A stretch of 64,000 bases of DNA, from positions 992,001-1,056,000 of the forward strand of contig CAVZJB010000011.1 in the NCBI GenBank assembly GCA_963775425.1, read 5' to 3'. This DNA comes from an uncultured delta proteobacterium (GTDB lineage: Bacteria > Myxococcota > UBA727 > VGSZ01). Below, in pieces: positions 38,356-50,151 of the stretch. Within the stretch, counting starts at the first letter, position 1, and every line of letters starts with the position of its first letter. Both the position numbers and the translations under genes were made by a program. The notes under the pieces were generated by a model. It was given only the letters and a program-made list of their open reading frames with translations. It was not told the DNA's origin and did no database searches.

Positions 38356-39312
38356 ATGCCTCGCACGCGCCGCATCGCCCTGGTGGGACATCCGCACGTC
38401 GTCGTGGCGCGCGGAAACAACGGCGAGCCCGTGTTCCACGACGACAGTGATTACGAGGCGTACCTGGGGCTGCTCCGCGACATGGTTCGGGAGCAGCTCT
38501 TCGTGCTTTATGCCTGGTGCTTGATGAAGAGCGAGGTGCGGCTCGTCATCTCGCCGCACCGCCTCCCGCTCGCCCAGGTGGTGCAGCGTCTGCACACCGC
38601 GCACGCGCGCCGCATCAACCAGCGCACCCGCCGCTCCGGCCACCTCTTCGAGGGGCGCTTTCGCTCCATGCTCATCCCGCGCGCGCGCATCGCCGACGCC
38701 GTCCGCTGGGTGCACCTGTGGCCCGTGCGCGTGGAGCGCGTGCGGCGCGCCGAGACCTATCCGTGGTCGAGCCACCGCAGCTACGTCGCGCGCGGCGACG
38801 AGTGGGGCGACCTCGTCGACGCCTGGGCCGTCCTCGAGACCTGGGGCGCGACGCTGCCTGCCGCCCAGCGCGGCTTCGGGCGCTTCGTCGAGCAGGCGGC
38901 GCTCGACGACGACGAGCTCGGCATCCGCGAGGTGATGGCCGGCGTCGGCGGCGACCGGCAGTTCGCCGAGGACGTGCTCGCCGAGGCCGGCGTCGTGTGG
39001 CGCGGGCGGCGGCGCCCGGCGCTGCAGACGCTCGCGCGGCGCGTCTCGCTCCTCATGAACGTCCACGTCGACGACCTCGTCAGCCCCGCACGCCAGCAGG
39101 AGCTCGTCATGGCCCGCCGGCTCCTGGCGACGAGCGCCGTGCGCGAGGCGGGCAGGTCCGTCACCGAGGTCGCGGACTTCCTCAAGCGCGACAAGGGGCA
39201 GGTCTCGCGCCTGGTGGCGCAGGGCATGTCGCAGATGCGCAGCGACCCCGCGTTCCGCGCGCTCCTCGGCGCCATGAAGCAGCGCGGGAACGTCGCCGCC
39301 ACCGTCGAGTGA
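38356..39312 (+). CDS. RAYT/IS200-like Y1 transposase-fold protein with C-terminal HTH; catalytic residues substituted
   Basis: MPR..R, ARGNN...F.DD.DY, YAWCLM, SGHLFEGRFRS, YPWSSHRSY; KSEVRL where NHxH is expected; WVHLWPVR where YIHLNPVR is expected; DnaA_C/TrpR-like HTH SVTEVADFLKRDKGQVSRLV. Confidence 0.8.
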   Translation: MPRTRRIALVGHPHVVVARGNNGEPVFHDDSDYEAYLGLLRDMVREQLFVLYAWCLMKSEVRLVISPHRLPLAQVVQRLHTAHARRINQRTRRSGHLFEGRFRSMLIPRARIADAVRWVHLWPVRVERVRRAETYPWSSHRSYVARGDEWGDLVDAWAVLETWGATLPAAQRGFGRFVEQAALDDDELGIREVMAGVGGDRQFAEDVLAEAGVVWRGRRRPALQTLARRVSLLMNVHVDDLVSPARQQELVMARRLLATSAVREAGRSVTEVADFLKRDKGQVSRLVAQGMSQMRSDPAFRALLGAMKQRGNVAATVE

Positions 39313-39431
39313 CGCCGACCTCGCGGTCGCTCCGCCGCGGCGGCGGCGGCAAACGCCTGAGAATGTCGCGCGCGCGACAAAGCCGCCGTCGCGCGGTGTG
39401 CGCGCGAGGTCCCGCGTCCTATCGAGGACGC

Positions 39432-40676
39432 ATGCCTCCCCGCACTTCCTCCGCGCGCGCCGCCCTCGACCTCGTCATCGGCGTCTCGCTGGCGCTGGCG
39501 GCGGCGGCGTGTGCGCCCGCCGACCCGAGCGACGATCCCGCCGACTGGGACGTGGACACGTCCGTCGCCTGGGAGCCCGCCGTCAGCGCCGCGCACTTCG
39601 TGGTGCCCTCGGACGCGCTGCCCGTCGTCACCAACGCGTCCAACAACAACGTCGCCATCGCGTTCTTCGAAGGGCGCCTGTTCCTCGCGTGGCGCACCGC
39701 GCCCACGCACTGGGCGTCCGACGCCACCGAGATGCACATCGTCTCGTCGGGCGACGGCGGCGTCACCTGGCAGGACGAGGCGTCCTTCTCGCTCGGCACC
39801 GACATGCGCGAGCCGCAGCTCTTCGTCGTCGACGGCGTGCTGCACTTCACGTGCTTTCAGGCGGGCACCAACACGTTCGCGTTCGAGCCGAAGCAGAAGT
39901 GGAAGAGCCGCCGCACGAGCGACGGCGCGTGGGCGGAGCTCGAGAAGTGGGGCGACGACCCCACCGAGGTGCCCTGGGAGATCAAGGTGCGCGGGGGCCG
40001 CGCGTTCATGACCTCGTACTCGGGCAACCACTACGGCTCCGGTCCGTCCGACGTGCGCGTCCACCTGAAGGTCTCGGACGACGGCGAGCGCTGGAGCGAC
40101 GTCGGCGCCGCCGACGTCTACGCCGGGGGCTGCTCGGAGGCAGGCTTCGAGATTGACGCCGACGGCTCCGCGTGGACCGTGCTGCGCAACGAGGACGGCG
40201 ACGACACCGGCTTCGGCTCGCTCGTGTGCCACGCGCCCGCGTCCGACCTGTCGGCGTGGGACTGCCCCGCCGCCGCCGACCCCGAGCGCTACGACTCGCC
40301 GCGGATGCTCCGGCACGGCGACGACATCTACCTCGTCGCCCGCCGCGACATCGACGGCCCCTTCGACGAGGGGCGGACGGACCTCGATCTGCAGCAGCAG
40401 CGCGACGTCTACGCCGCCGACTACTGGACGCGGCCCAAGCGCACGTCGCTGTATCGCATCGACAAGGCGCAGCGGAGGGTCGTCCGCGTCATGGACCTGC
40501 CGTCCGCGGGCGACACCGCCTTCGCCTCCATCCGCCGCACGGGACCGGACTCGTTCCTCGTCGCCAACTACACCTCGCCCGTCGACGACCCCAATCGCAC
40601 GTGGCTCGAAGGCCAGGGCGCGCCCGACGGTACGAGCATCTATCTCATCCAGCTCGTCTTCACGCCCTCCGGCTGA
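39432..40676 (+). CDS. Sialidase/BNR-like beta-propeller lipoprotein
   Basis: AAAC lipobox; Asp-box-like SGDGGVTW and SDDGERW; DMREP; SAGDTAF. Confidence 0.7.
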   Translation: MPPRTSSARAALDLVIGVSLALAAAACAPADPSDDPADWDVDTSVAWEPAVSAAHFVVPSDALPVVTNASNNNVAIAFFEGRLFLAWRTAPTHWASDATEMHIVSSGDGGVTWQDEASFSLGTDMREPQLFVVDGVLHFTCFQAGTNTFAFEPKQKWKSRRTSDGAWAELEKWGDDPTEVPWEIKVRGGRAFMTSYSGNHYGSGPSDVRVHLKVSDDGERWSDVGAADVYAGGCSEAGFEIDADGSAWTVLRNEDGDDTGFGSLVCHAPASDLSAWDCPAAADPERYDSPRMLRHGDDIYLVARRDIDGPFDEGRTDLDLQQQRDVYAADYWTRPKRTSLYRIDKAQRRVVRVMDLPSAGDTAFASIRRTGPDSFLVANYTSPVDDPNRTWLEGQGAPDGTSIYLIQLVFTPSG

Positions 40677-40791
40677 CACGGGCGAGTGGGAGGGTGTGCC
40701 CCGACGTGCGCCGGACGCGCGCGGCCGTCGTGGAGTAGCCTCGGTGGTTCCCCGCAGGGCGGGCTCGTGCCCGCTTCGAGGAGGCGCCAGG

Positions 40792-42438
40792 ATGAACCGC
40801 ATCGCCGTCGTCGTCGGCCTCGCTCTCGCTCCGCTGTCGTCATGCGACTGCCTCGGGCCGGCGGCGGCTCCGCCGCCCCCGACGCCGCCCGCGGTGAACA
40901 CCAATCCGCTCACCACGGCGCTGCCCAGTGAGGCGCGGCGGCTGTCGCAGGCGGAGATCGATCGCACGCTGCGTGACGTGTTGAAGGAGCCGTCGCAGGC
41001 GGGGTCGCGGCTGCTCGACACCGACAAATTCACGCCCTACGACAACGACTACACCGTGCAGCAGACGTCGGCGGCGCTCGTCGACTCGCTCGAGGCGCTC
41101 TCCGTCGACGTCGCCCAGCGCACGCTCGCCAACCCCGATTCGCGCGCGGCGGTCATCCCGTGCACGCCGGTGGCGCCCGACGACGCCGACTGCTTCCGCC
41201 AGGTGGTCACCACCGTCGGCAAGCGCATGCTGCGCCGCCCGCTCGACGCCGACGAGGTGGAGACGTACATGCCGCTGCTCGCGTACGCCACCGAGGAGAG
41301 CCCGTACTACGAGACCGGGTTCGACACGGCCGTCGAGGTCCTCCTGCGCGCGTTCCTCATGGACCCCGAGTTCCTCTACCGCATCGAGGCCGGCGTCCCC
41401 ACCGGCGAGGAGGGCGTGGTGCGCCTCACGCCGTACGAGATCGCGACGCGCATGAGCTACACGCTGTGGGGCTCGGCCCCGGACGACGCCCTGCTCGCCG
41501 AGGCCGACGCGGGCCGCCTCGACGACGCCGACGCGCGCAAGGCGTCCGCCGAGCGCATGTTGCAGGACGACAAGGCCAAGGAGCAGATGGAGCGCTTCCA
41601 CGCCATGTGGCTCGGCTACCGCGCCATCCCCACGCCGCCGGACCTCGCATCGCGCTTCGCGCAGGAGACCAACGCGCTGATCGACCGCGTCGTCTTCGAC
41701 GACAAGCGCGACTACCTCGACCTCTTCACGCTCGAGGAGACCTTCGTCGACGACACGCTCGCCGACCACTACGGCCTGCCGCACCCCGCGACGTCGCCGG
41801 AGCCGGGCTGGGTGAGCCTCGAGGGCACGCAGCGCGCCGGCATCCTGTCGCAGGGCGCGGTGCTCGCGAGCTTCTCCAAGTTCGCCGACACGAGCCCCAC
41901 GCAGCGCGGGATCCTCGTGCGCAACCGCCTGCTCTGCAAAAACATCGATCCGCCCCCGCCGGGCGTGAACGTCGATCAGCCGCCGCCGCCGGACGGCGAC
42001 GTCGTGTGCAAGGTCGATCGCTACAAGACGCACACGTCGTCACCGTCGTGCAACGCCTGCCACAGCCAGATGGATCCCATCGGCTTCGGCCTCGAGAACT
42101 ACGACATCGAGGGCCGCTTCCGCGAGCACGACGACGACAACCCCGACTGCGCCATCGACGGCGTCGGCGAGCTCCCCGGCTACGGGCAGTTCTCCGGGCC
42201 CAAGGAGCTCGCGCACCTGCTCGTGGACAACTCGCTCGTGGGCCCGTGCTTCGTGAAGCAGCTCACCTCGTACGAGGCCGGCCGCCCGCTCACGGACGAC
42301 GAGCAGAAGGTCGTCAACGCCTGGAACGACGACTTCGACGCCGCAGGACACAAGCTCGATCAATTGCTCGTCGATCAGATCGGCGGGGAGCAGTTCGCCA
42401 CCAAGAGAGAGCCCGCCGACGAGGGAGGTGCGCCATGA
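40792..42438 (+). CDS. DUF1592/DUF1588/DUF1595 (PSD/PSCyt) domain lipoprotein
   Basis: RRLS..E, RRPL, PEFLYR, YEIATRMSY.LW...PD, RAGIL.Q, TSPTQRG, CNACH..MDPIGFGLENYD. Confidence 0.88.
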   Translation: MNRIAVVVGLALAPLSSCDCLGPAAAPPPPTPPAVNTNPLTTALPSEARRLSQAEIDRTLRDVLKEPSQAGSRLLDTDKFTPYDNDYTVQQTSAALVDSLEALSVDVAQRTLANPDSRAAVIPCTPVAPDDADCFRQVVTTVGKRMLRRPLDADEVETYMPLLAYATEESPYYETGFDTAVEVLLRAFLMDPEFLYRIEAGVPTGEEGVVRLTPYEIATRMSYTLWGSAPDDALLAEADAGRLDDADARKASAERMLQDDKAKEQMERFHAMWLGYRAIPTPPDLASRFAQETNALIDRVVFDDKRDYLDLFTLEETFVDDTLADHYGLPHPATSPEPGWVSLEGTQRAGILSQGAVLASFSKFADTSPTQRGILVRNRLLCKNIDPPPPGVNVDQPPPPDGDVVCKVDRYKTHTSSPSCNACHSQMDPIGFGLENYDIEGRFREHDDDNPDCAIDGVGELPGYGQFSGPKELAHLLVDNSLVGPCFVKQLTSYEAGRPLTDDEQKVVNAWNDDFDAAGHKLDQLLVDQIGGEQFATKREPADEGGAP

Positions 42439-44104
42439 AGTCCCTGAAGCTTCGCCGTCGCACGTTCCTGCGGGGCGCCCTCGGCGCCGCCGTCGGCCTC
42501 CCCGTCCTCGAGTGCATGCTCGACGGAAACGGCAACCTCCTCGACCGCGCCCTCGGCGGCAAGGCGCGCGCGCAGTCCACCGGGATCCCGCGGCGCTACG
42601 GCATCGTGTTCGCCGGACAGGCCATCGGCGCCGACGGCACGCAGCGCAACAAGCAGCGCCTGAACGGCACCATCACCACCGAGGACGGGCACTTCATCGT
42701 CCCCGGCTCCACCGACGCAAACGGCGACTTCATCGCCGACACCAGCGGCTCGCTCGCGCCGGGCGGCGCGGTGCCCACGCCGCTGTTGCCGCTGCAGGCG
42801 GCGGGGCTCCTGGGCGACGTGTCGCTCGTCTCCGGGCTCGCCATCCCCTGGGTGCGCGGCGGCACCTTTGCCTCGGACGGCAGCGACGTGCCGCCCGGCG
42901 GCGCGTTCCGCGACTTCCACGGCGGCGGCGCGAGCCCGCTGTTGTCCGGCGTGCGTTCGCGCTCGTCGTCGTTCACGGCGCAAGGCGCGACGTCCGATCA
43001 GATCGTGGCGGCGCTGTCGGCGGCGGAGACGCCCACGTTCCCGAACGGCCTGGTGCTGCGAGCGCAGCCGAGCTTCTACCTGTCGGGCTTCGACTTCGCC
43101 GGCCGCGAGTTCATCTCGTACACGAGCGCGGGCAACGGCGGGCGCATCGCGGCGCAGACCAACCCGCGGGTGGCGTGGAATTCGCTGTTCTCCGGCTTCG
43201 TCCCCGACGACGCCGCGGCGGCGGCCATCCAGGACTTCACGCAGCGCAAGCGCATCAGCGTGCTCGACCTCGTCACCGCCAAGCGCGAGCGCATCCTGTC
43301 CAAGGTGGGCGCGGCCGACAAGATCCGGCTCGGCGCGCACTTCGATCAACTGCGCGCGCTCGAGCAGCGCATCCAGGCCATCCCGCCGCCGACGACGGGG
43401 ACGTGTCAGCCGCTGCCGGACCCCGGCGATCCGCCGGGCGTCGGCGGCGACAACAACGGCAGCGGCTTCGACCCCAACGACCCCACCAACCAGATCGGGC
43501 AGAACACCGGGTTCTCGGGCGAGGACGTGCGCACGCAGGTGATGGTGGACCTCATCCACATGGCCTTCGTCTGCGACCTCACGCGCACGGCCACGCTGCA
43601 GATCACCGCGTTCCAGTCGCACATGAACGTGCGCGCCATCGTGCCGACCGTGCAATCGCTCATCGGCCGCAGCGACGTCGACATCCGCGCCGACATCCAC
43701 GAAAACGGCCACAACGGCGACCCGGACAACAAGGGGCAGCTCCACGTGAGCGGCGTGCTCGCTTGGCACCTGTCGTTCTACGCGCGGCTGCTGCAGAAGC
43801 TGAAGGACACACCGGAGGGGGCGGGCAACGTGCTCGACAACACGTGCCTCGTGTTCATGCCCGAGGCCGGTCACGGCACGCAGCTCAACGACGACACCTC
43901 ACCGTTCGCCACGCACTCCGTCGAGGACATGGTGCTCCTCGTCGGCGGCCGCGCCGGCGGGCTCGCGCCGGGGCGCCACATCAGCACGCTGGGCGCGGCG
44001 ACGCCGGTGCACCCGGCGCAGGTGCTGCTCGCCTGCATGCAGTCCGCAGGGTTCACCGGTGACACCTTCGGCGAGGTGAGCGGCGCCTTCGGCGGTGTGT
44101 TCGG

Positions 44105-44108
<4 letters not shown>
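42435..44108 (+). CDS. DUF1552 domain protein with Tat signal
   Basis: LRRRTFLRG..A.VGLP.LE.M; SVLD.V; LRALEQRI; AFVCDLTR.AT; VLDNT; ATGA-coupled to the DUF1592 gene. Confidence 0.88.
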
Positions 44109-45527
<1,419 letters not shown>

Positions 45528-45649
45528 CGGCGGCTGCTCCGGCGGCTCGACGAAGAACGTGCCGTCGGAGGCGACCGGGCCGCTGTTGGTGGGCACCGCG
45601 CGCGCGGGCCGGTGACCTGCAGTGGTAGCGCCCCGCACGCGGCCGCACC

Positions 45650-45856
45650 CCGCGCCCAAGGCGCTCTACTTCACCGTGCGCGACCTCGACGCCGTGCACG
45701 CGCGCGCGGCCGCCCTCGGCTGCCGCTCCAACGTGGAGGTCCACGGCGTGCGCGGCGGCGACCTCACCGTGCGGGGGCGAGCGCTCCTTCTACGTCGACG
45801 ATCCGTGCAACGACCAGCTCTGCTTCGTGGAAGAGGGCACCATCTACCCGGGCTGA
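45650..45856 (+). pseudogene. C-terminal remnant of a VOC/glyoxalase family gene
   Basis: LYFTVRDLDAVHARAAALG, then after a frameshift GERSFYVDDPC...LCFVEEGTIYPG-stop; N-terminal half missing. Confidence 0.6.
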
Positions 45857-46593
45857 GACGGCGCGGGCTCCTCGGTGCGCGGCCCGGCGTTGCGCGCGCG
45901 ACGGACGAGGACCGCCAACACCCACACGACCAGGCAGACGAGGTTCACCGCGCCGAGGAGCCGCGGGTGTCCGGCGCCGGCGGCGACGGCGACGCGGTAC
46001 AGGCCCGTCGAGAGCAGGCCGAGGTTGCCGAGCGTGGCCGACGCCCACGCGCCCGCGGTGGTGCGGATGCCGTCGTCGTCGACGGCGTGGGGGACGCCGA
46101 AGAAGCGAGGCACCGCCGCCGCGTACCGGTCCCAGGGCTCGCCGAGCTCCTCGCGGAGCGCGCCCTCCTCGTAAGCCGCCACGGCGACGAAGCTCGCGGT
46201 GAAGGCGACGACGAGCACGGCGGCGACGACGGGTGCGAGGTAGGGGACGACGGCGGCGGCGTAGAACAGCGACGCCCCGACGTAGAGCGGGTGGCGCATC
46301 AAGCGGAACGGGCCGCCGGTGACCACGCGCTTGCTGGCGCCCTGGCCGTAGACCACGCTGCCGAGCCGCGCCTCGCCCGAGGCGCGAAACAGGAACGCCA
46401 CCAGCGAGACCACGCCCGTGGCGAGGAACACGGGCTTGATGCCAAGGAGCACGTCGGTGGACGCGAGCACCCGATGCTCCGCGCCGAGCTGGGGGTGGCG
46501 CAGCATGAAGAGCGCGACGGCCACCGCGGCGCCGAAGAAGCCCACGATGACCGCGAGCCGGTAGCGGAACAGGGCGGCGCCGAGGCCGTTCAT
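45844..46593 (-). CDS. Isoprenylcysteine carboxyl methyltransferase / PEMT family membrane protein
   Basis: VVTGGPFRLMRHPLYVG, EEGAL..ELG..W..Y...VPRF. Confidence 0.8.
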   Translation of the reverse strand: MNGLGAALFRYRLAVIVGFFGAAVAVALFMLRHPQLGAEHRVLASTDVLLGIKPVFLATGVVSLVAFLFRASGEARLGSVVYGQGASKRVVTGGPFRLMRHPLYVGASLFYAAAVVPYLAPVVAAVLVVAFTASFVAVAAYEEGALREELGEPWDRYAAAVPRFFGVPHAVDDDGIRTTAGAWASATLGNLGLLSTGLYRVAVAAGAGHPRLLGAVNLVCLVVWVLAVLVRRARNAGPRTEEPAPSQPG

Positions 46594-48116
46594 GACGCCC
46601 CCGCGAGGGATCCGCTGCGCAACGCCTCGCGCGTGCGCGAAGCGACGATGAGGCCGATGGGGCCGAGCACGACGAGCACGCTGACGAGCGTGAGGTACGC
46701 GGCCGGCGCGTGCACGATCGGTGCGAGCAGCACGGGAACGCCGCAGCCGACGACGCCGACGGCGAGGAAGGCGGCGGTGGCCACGAGGTCCATCCCCTGG
46801 ATGCGCACGCCGTGCTTGCGCAGGCCGTGGCCCATCACGAGGGCGCCGACGAGCGCTCCCCCGGAGTTTCCGATCATGAAGCCCACGACGGGGCCGTAGT
46901 GCTCACCGGCGAAGGGGAGCTGTGCGCCGAAGTGGAAGCCGACCGCGGTGAAGGCGACGGTGGCGGCGACGCGCACGAAGTTGGAGATGGCGAGCGGCGC
47001 GCTGTCGCCGAGGGCCATCAGCGCGCGCGCCGAAGACTCCTGGAGGAACATGCACCACGAGGTGACGACGAGGAACTGCACCATCCAACCGGCGTCGACG
47101 TAGACGTCGCGGTACAGGAGCTGGAAGAACGCGGGCGCGGTCATGGCGGCGCCGAGGAAGAGCACGGCGGCCGCGGGCAGGAGGATGGCGCGCGCGTGGC
47201 GCAGGTCGGCGGCGAAGCGCGCGGGCGACTCGCGGAAGCGCTCGGACAGCGCGGGCAGGAGCACGGAGTAGGTGACGCGCTCGCCCATCTGCGACGGCAC
47301 CTGCACGATCATCTGGGCGAGGCCGTAGATGCCGATGACGCCCATGCCCTCGAGGCGGCCGAGGGCGAAGACGTCGTAGCGGGTGCCGATGAAGAAGAAG
47401 ATGGTGGAGAAGAACACCCAGCGGCCGAAGGTGAAGATCTCGACGGCCGCGGTCTTGTCCCAACGCAGGCGGTTGAGCGGGCCCGGGAGGAAGAAGTGCG
47501 TCATGCCGCAGCGGACGGCGGCGCTCATGACGGAGGCGACGACGAGGGCGACCGCGGAGTGGGTGAGGAAGCCGACGGGGACGGACACGCACAGGCCGAC
47601 GACCTGGGTGGTGAGGTCCATGGCCACGATGCGGCCGACGTCGAGGTGACGGCTGGCCTGCGCGCTCTTGGTGGACTCGAGGCCGTTGAAGAGCGCCTGC
47701 GAGGCGCACAGCGGCAGGAGCCACAGCAGCTCCGAGCGGCCGTAGAAGATGGACGCGGGCCAGGCGACGCCGCACGCGACGGCGAAGAGGACGAAGCCGC
47801 GGCCGACGTGGAGCGTCCACGCCGTGTCGAGGAATTGCCGGTCGTCGCCGCGGGGGCTGCGGACGATGGCCTGCCAGACGCCCACGTCGGACACGAGCGT
47901 GAGCCCGGTGGTGACGGCGACGACGATGGCCATGAGGCCGAACGCGTCGGGGTCGAGCAGGCGCGTGAGGATGAGGTTCGACGCGAGCCGCAGCACCTGC
48001 GACACGAGCTGCCCGCCGAGGGAGAACGCGGTGCCCTTGGCCGCCCGCGAACCGAGCGCGCCCTTCTTGGCGGGTCCGGCGGGTCCGGCGGCGCCGGCCC
48101 CGGGCGCGCCGTTCAC
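46590..48116 (-). CDS. Wzx-type oligosaccharide flippase (PST family)
   Basis: LILTRLLDPDAFGLMA, SDVG, TAWTL, FGRW, GIYGLA; many TM helices. Confidence 0.88.
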   Translation of the reverse strand: MNGAPGAGAAGPAGPAKKGALGSRAAKGTAFSLGGQLVSQVLRLASNLILTRLLDPDAFGLMAIVVAVTTGLTLVSDVGVWQAIVRSPRGDDRQFLDTAWTLHVGRGFVLFAVACGVAWPASIFYGRSELLWLLPLCASQALFNGLESTKSAQASRHLDVGRIVAMDLTTQVVGLCVSVPVGFLTHSAVALVVASVMSAAVRCGMTHFFLPGPLNRLRWDKTAAVEIFTFGRWVFFSTIFFFIGTRYDVFALGRLEGMGVIGIYGLAQMIVQVPSQMGERVTYSVLLPALSERFRESPARFAADLRHARAILLPAAAVLFLGAAMTAPAFFQLLYRDVYVDAGWMVQFLVVTSWCMFLQESSARALMALGDSAPLAISNFVRVAATVAFTAVGFHFGAQLPFAGEHYGPVVGFMIGNSGGALVGALVMGHGLRKHGVRIQGMDLVATAAFLAVGVVGCGVPVLLAPIVHAPAAYLTLVSVLVVLGPIGLIVASRTREALRSGSLAGAS

Positions 48117-49306
48117 GGATGCCCCTCGCCCGCCGCCGCGTCGACGGCGCCCGCCGGCGTGTTCCCCGGCGACGGCGGCGCGAGCCCGGTCGTCAGCGGG
48201 CCCGGGAAGCCCTCGACGACCGCGTGGTGCGCCTCGTGGCCGTTGCCGTCGACGTCGATGTCGAGCGGATCGACGTCCACCCACGCGGCGCCGTCGTGCA
48301 CCTGCGCCCACGTGCGCGCCGCACCGGCCGTGAGCCCGTCCCCGGCGACGCCGGACACCACGCGCGCCGGGTGGCCGAGCGCGCGCATGCACGCGACGAC
48401 GAGGGCGGCGCCGCCCTGGTCGTACGCCCCGACCTTCACGGTCCACAAGGCCGACGGCGGCCCCGCCCCGCGTTCGGCGGCGAGCCTGGGCTTTACCGCG
48501 AGCGCGACGGCTCGCGCGGCGTCGAGCACGGGCGCGTCCACGCCCGCCTGCAGCTTGCACCAACGCACCACGCTCCTCGTCGACGACTCGATGAACGGCG
48601 CGCGCGCCGTGTCGCGCGGCTGCACCGGGTCCGCCGCCGTCACGAGCACGGCCCCCGCGGGCGGCGCGCCCGCGGTGAGCGCGTTCGACGCACCGGGGGC
48701 GCCGGCGTCCCGCTCGGCGCGGCCGCCGACGGCGCCGTCGACGACGAGCGGCCGCCCGGCCGGGTCGGTGAGCGCGCCGCCCGCGGTGACGCGCGCCGGG
48801 ATGAACACGGCGTCCTCGAGGTCCACGAGCGTGACGTCGCGCGCGCGTGTGGGATGGAGGTGATGCAGCACGTCGAGGACGACCACGGACTTGTCCGGCA
48901 GCACCAGCGTCTCGTCGTCGCCGCGCGAGAACATCACGATCTTGCCCTGGTTTTCGCCGCCCTTGTCCCAGCGGCGCAGCTCCACGTAGCGTTTGCCCGA
49001 CGGGCCTTCGCGCCGGTAGCTGGCCGAGAGCACGAAGCCCTCGGCGTCGAGCTCCGCGAGCGACATCGCCGCGTCCTTCACGCCCACGATCTTGTGGAAG
49101 CGCTGCACGAGCTCGCCGCCCTCGGCGTTCTTGCGGAACACCTCGTGGACGTCGTCGGCCTCCTTGCCGTCGACGAAGACGACACGGTCGCGCTCCTCGA
49201 TCTTCTCGGTGTGACACGCCGGCAACAGCGCCATCACGAGCGCCGCCGAGAGCGGCGCGCACCGAAGCGCGACCGGAGGGAGCGGGCGCTTGCGGATTGC
49301 GTTCAA
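48113..49306 (-). CDS. Transglutaminase-like lipoprotein lacking the catalytic Cys/His
   Basis: LPAC lipobox; MRALGHPARVVSG, TWAQV, WVDVDP; GAYDQGGA where GxCxxxA is expected; start uncertain. Confidence 0.65.
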   Translation of the reverse strand: MNAIRKRPLPPVALRCAPLSAALVMALLPACHTEKIEERDRVVFVDGKEADDVHEVFRKNAEGGELVQRFHKIVGVKDAAMSLAELDAEGFVLSASYRREGPSGKRYVELRRWDKGGENQGKIVMFSRGDDETLVLPDKSVVVLDVLHHLHPTRARDVTLVDLEDAVFIPARVTAGGALTDPAGRPLVVDGAVGGRAERDAGAPGASNALTAGAPPAGAVLVTAADPVQPRDTARAPFIESSTRSVVRWCKLQAGVDAPVLDAARAVALAVKPRLAAERGAGPPSALWTVKVGAYDQGGAALVVACMRALGHPARVVSGVAGDGLTAGAARTWAQVHDGAAWVDVDPLDIDVDGNGHEAHHAVVEGFPGPLTTGLAPPSPGNTPAGAVDAAAGEGHP

Positions 49307-50151
49307 GGCTTCACCCGGTCTGCTTTGGAGCCCACCTTCACCACGCTCTCGTGCTCCACCACCGAGTGGGGCGGCACGCTGTGCACCAGCCACACGTTGC
49401 CTCCGACGATGCTGTGGTGCCCCACCACCGTCTCGCCTCCGAGGATGGTAGCGCCTGCGTAGATGGTGACGTGGTCCTCGATGGTCGGGTGTCGCTTTTG
49501 ATCCTGCAGCCGCCGCGTGACGCTCAACGCGCCGAGCGACACACCCTGGTAGATCTTCACATGGTCGCCGATGACCGTGGTCTCACCGATGACCACCCCG
49601 GTGCCGTGGTCGATGTAGAAGCTCTTGCCGATGGTGGCGCCCGGGTGGATGTCGATGCCGGTGCGGCCGTGGACGTCCTCGCTCATCATGCGCGCGAGCA
49701 GGCGCACGTCGTGCTTCCAGAACCAGTGCGCCACGCGGTGCACGGCGATGGCTCGCGCGCCCGGGTAGGCCAGGATGATCTCTTCCTTGGTGCGCGCGGC
49801 GGGGTCCCCGTCGAGGAGCGCCTGGATGTCGAGCACGAGCTCCGCGCGCAGCTCGGGGAGCTGCTCGAGGAAGGCGATGGCGATGGCGCTCGGGTCGGGG
49901 GCGCCCCCCAGGCGCACCTGCTCCGTGAGCGCCTGCGCCACCCGCACCACGCGGCTGCCGGTGACGAAGTCGATGTTCTCCTCGGTCAGGTGCGCGTCGC
50001 GGATGAAACCCGGGAAGCAGAGCTCCTCGATCTCGAGCAGGATCTCCGCCACCTGCGCCCGCGACGGCAGCGACACGCCGCCGACGTGGTTCACGCCGCC
50101 CTCGCGATAGCTCTCGACGATGCGCGCCGTGATGTCCTTGAAGGAGCTCAC
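49303..50151 (-). CDS. cysE: Serine O-acetyltransferase
   Basis: GDPAA, YPG, TGIDIHPGATIG, IDHGTGVVIGET, KRHPTI. Confidence 0.92.
   Translation of the reverse strand: MSSFKDITARIVESYREGGVNHVGGVSLPSRAQVAEILLEIEELCFPGFIRDAHLTEENIDFVTGSRVVRVAQALTEQVRLGGAPDPSAIAIAFLEQLPELRAELVLDIQALLDGDPAARTKEEIILAYPGARAIAVHRVAHWFWKHDVRLLARMMSEDVHGRTGIDIHPGATIGKSFYIDHGTGVVIGETTVIGDHVKIYQGVSLGALSVTRRLQDQKRHPTIEDHVTIYAGATILGGETVVGHHSIVGGNVWLVHSVPPHSVVEHESVVKVGSKADRVKP

Noticed and set aside
38356-39312. Active IS200/IS605 element or RAYT
   Set aside because: Catalytic His and Tyr are substituted, there is no tnpB, and no flanking hairpin ends or REPs were seen.
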